NCBI RefSeq assembly: GCF_963921235.1
Contig: NC_086108.1
Coordinates: 91,638,001-91,702,000 of the forward strand
Source: Mobula hypostoma
Taxonomy: Eukaryota
DNA length: 64,000 nucleotides
Direction of reading: 5' to 3'
The translations under genes were made by a program, and so were the position numbers. Below are positions 63,820-64,000 of this stretch, piece by piece. The stretch's first letter is position 1. Each line of letters begins with the position of its first letter. Under the pieces are notes generated by a model that did not search any database, was not told where the DNA came from, and saw nothing but the letters and a program-made list of their open reading frames with translations.

Positions 63820-64000
63820 ATAGCTAGAGCTAGAATACCTTGACTGAGGTAGCAGCAAGTTGTCCTGGTTTGCCGCTGACCTGTGAAAATGACTGAGCTT
63901 ATTTGACTTTGAGGTACAGCATGGTAACAGGCCCTTCCGGTTCAGTGAGCCCACACCACCCAATTGCACCCATGTGACCTATTAACCTGCTAACCGTTTG

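Overview
Repeat-dense vertebrate intronic or intergenic DNA. The repeat complement (CR1, Rex1/Babar, Neptune/Poseidon-type Penelope, tRNA-SINEs, Tc1/mariner MITEs) suggests a cartilaginous fish, probably a ray; this is an inference from family recognition, not from a search. No host protein-coding gene, rRNA/tRNA gene or CRISPR array could be confidently identified, and nearly all listed ORFs are transposon remnants or noise. Well-supported elements: a full-length but decayed Gypsy LTR retrotransposon (21950-26937, paired LTRs, 5-bp TSD); a 5'-truncated young L1 (28212-31262, 13-bp TSD); an 815-bp solo LTR; a mariner-derived fold-back MITE; a hAT MITE carrying nested inserts; several bipartite non-autonomous RTE elements; and repeated tiny Penelope-derived insertions with hammerhead-ribozyme motifs, fold-back arms and 14-16-bp TSDs. 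The Penelope/hammerhead mini-insertions and the modular RTE-derived elements are the most interesting signals. Two weak minus-strand exon candidates are noted. Coordinates were counted by hand, and boundaries of old LINE fragments are approximate.
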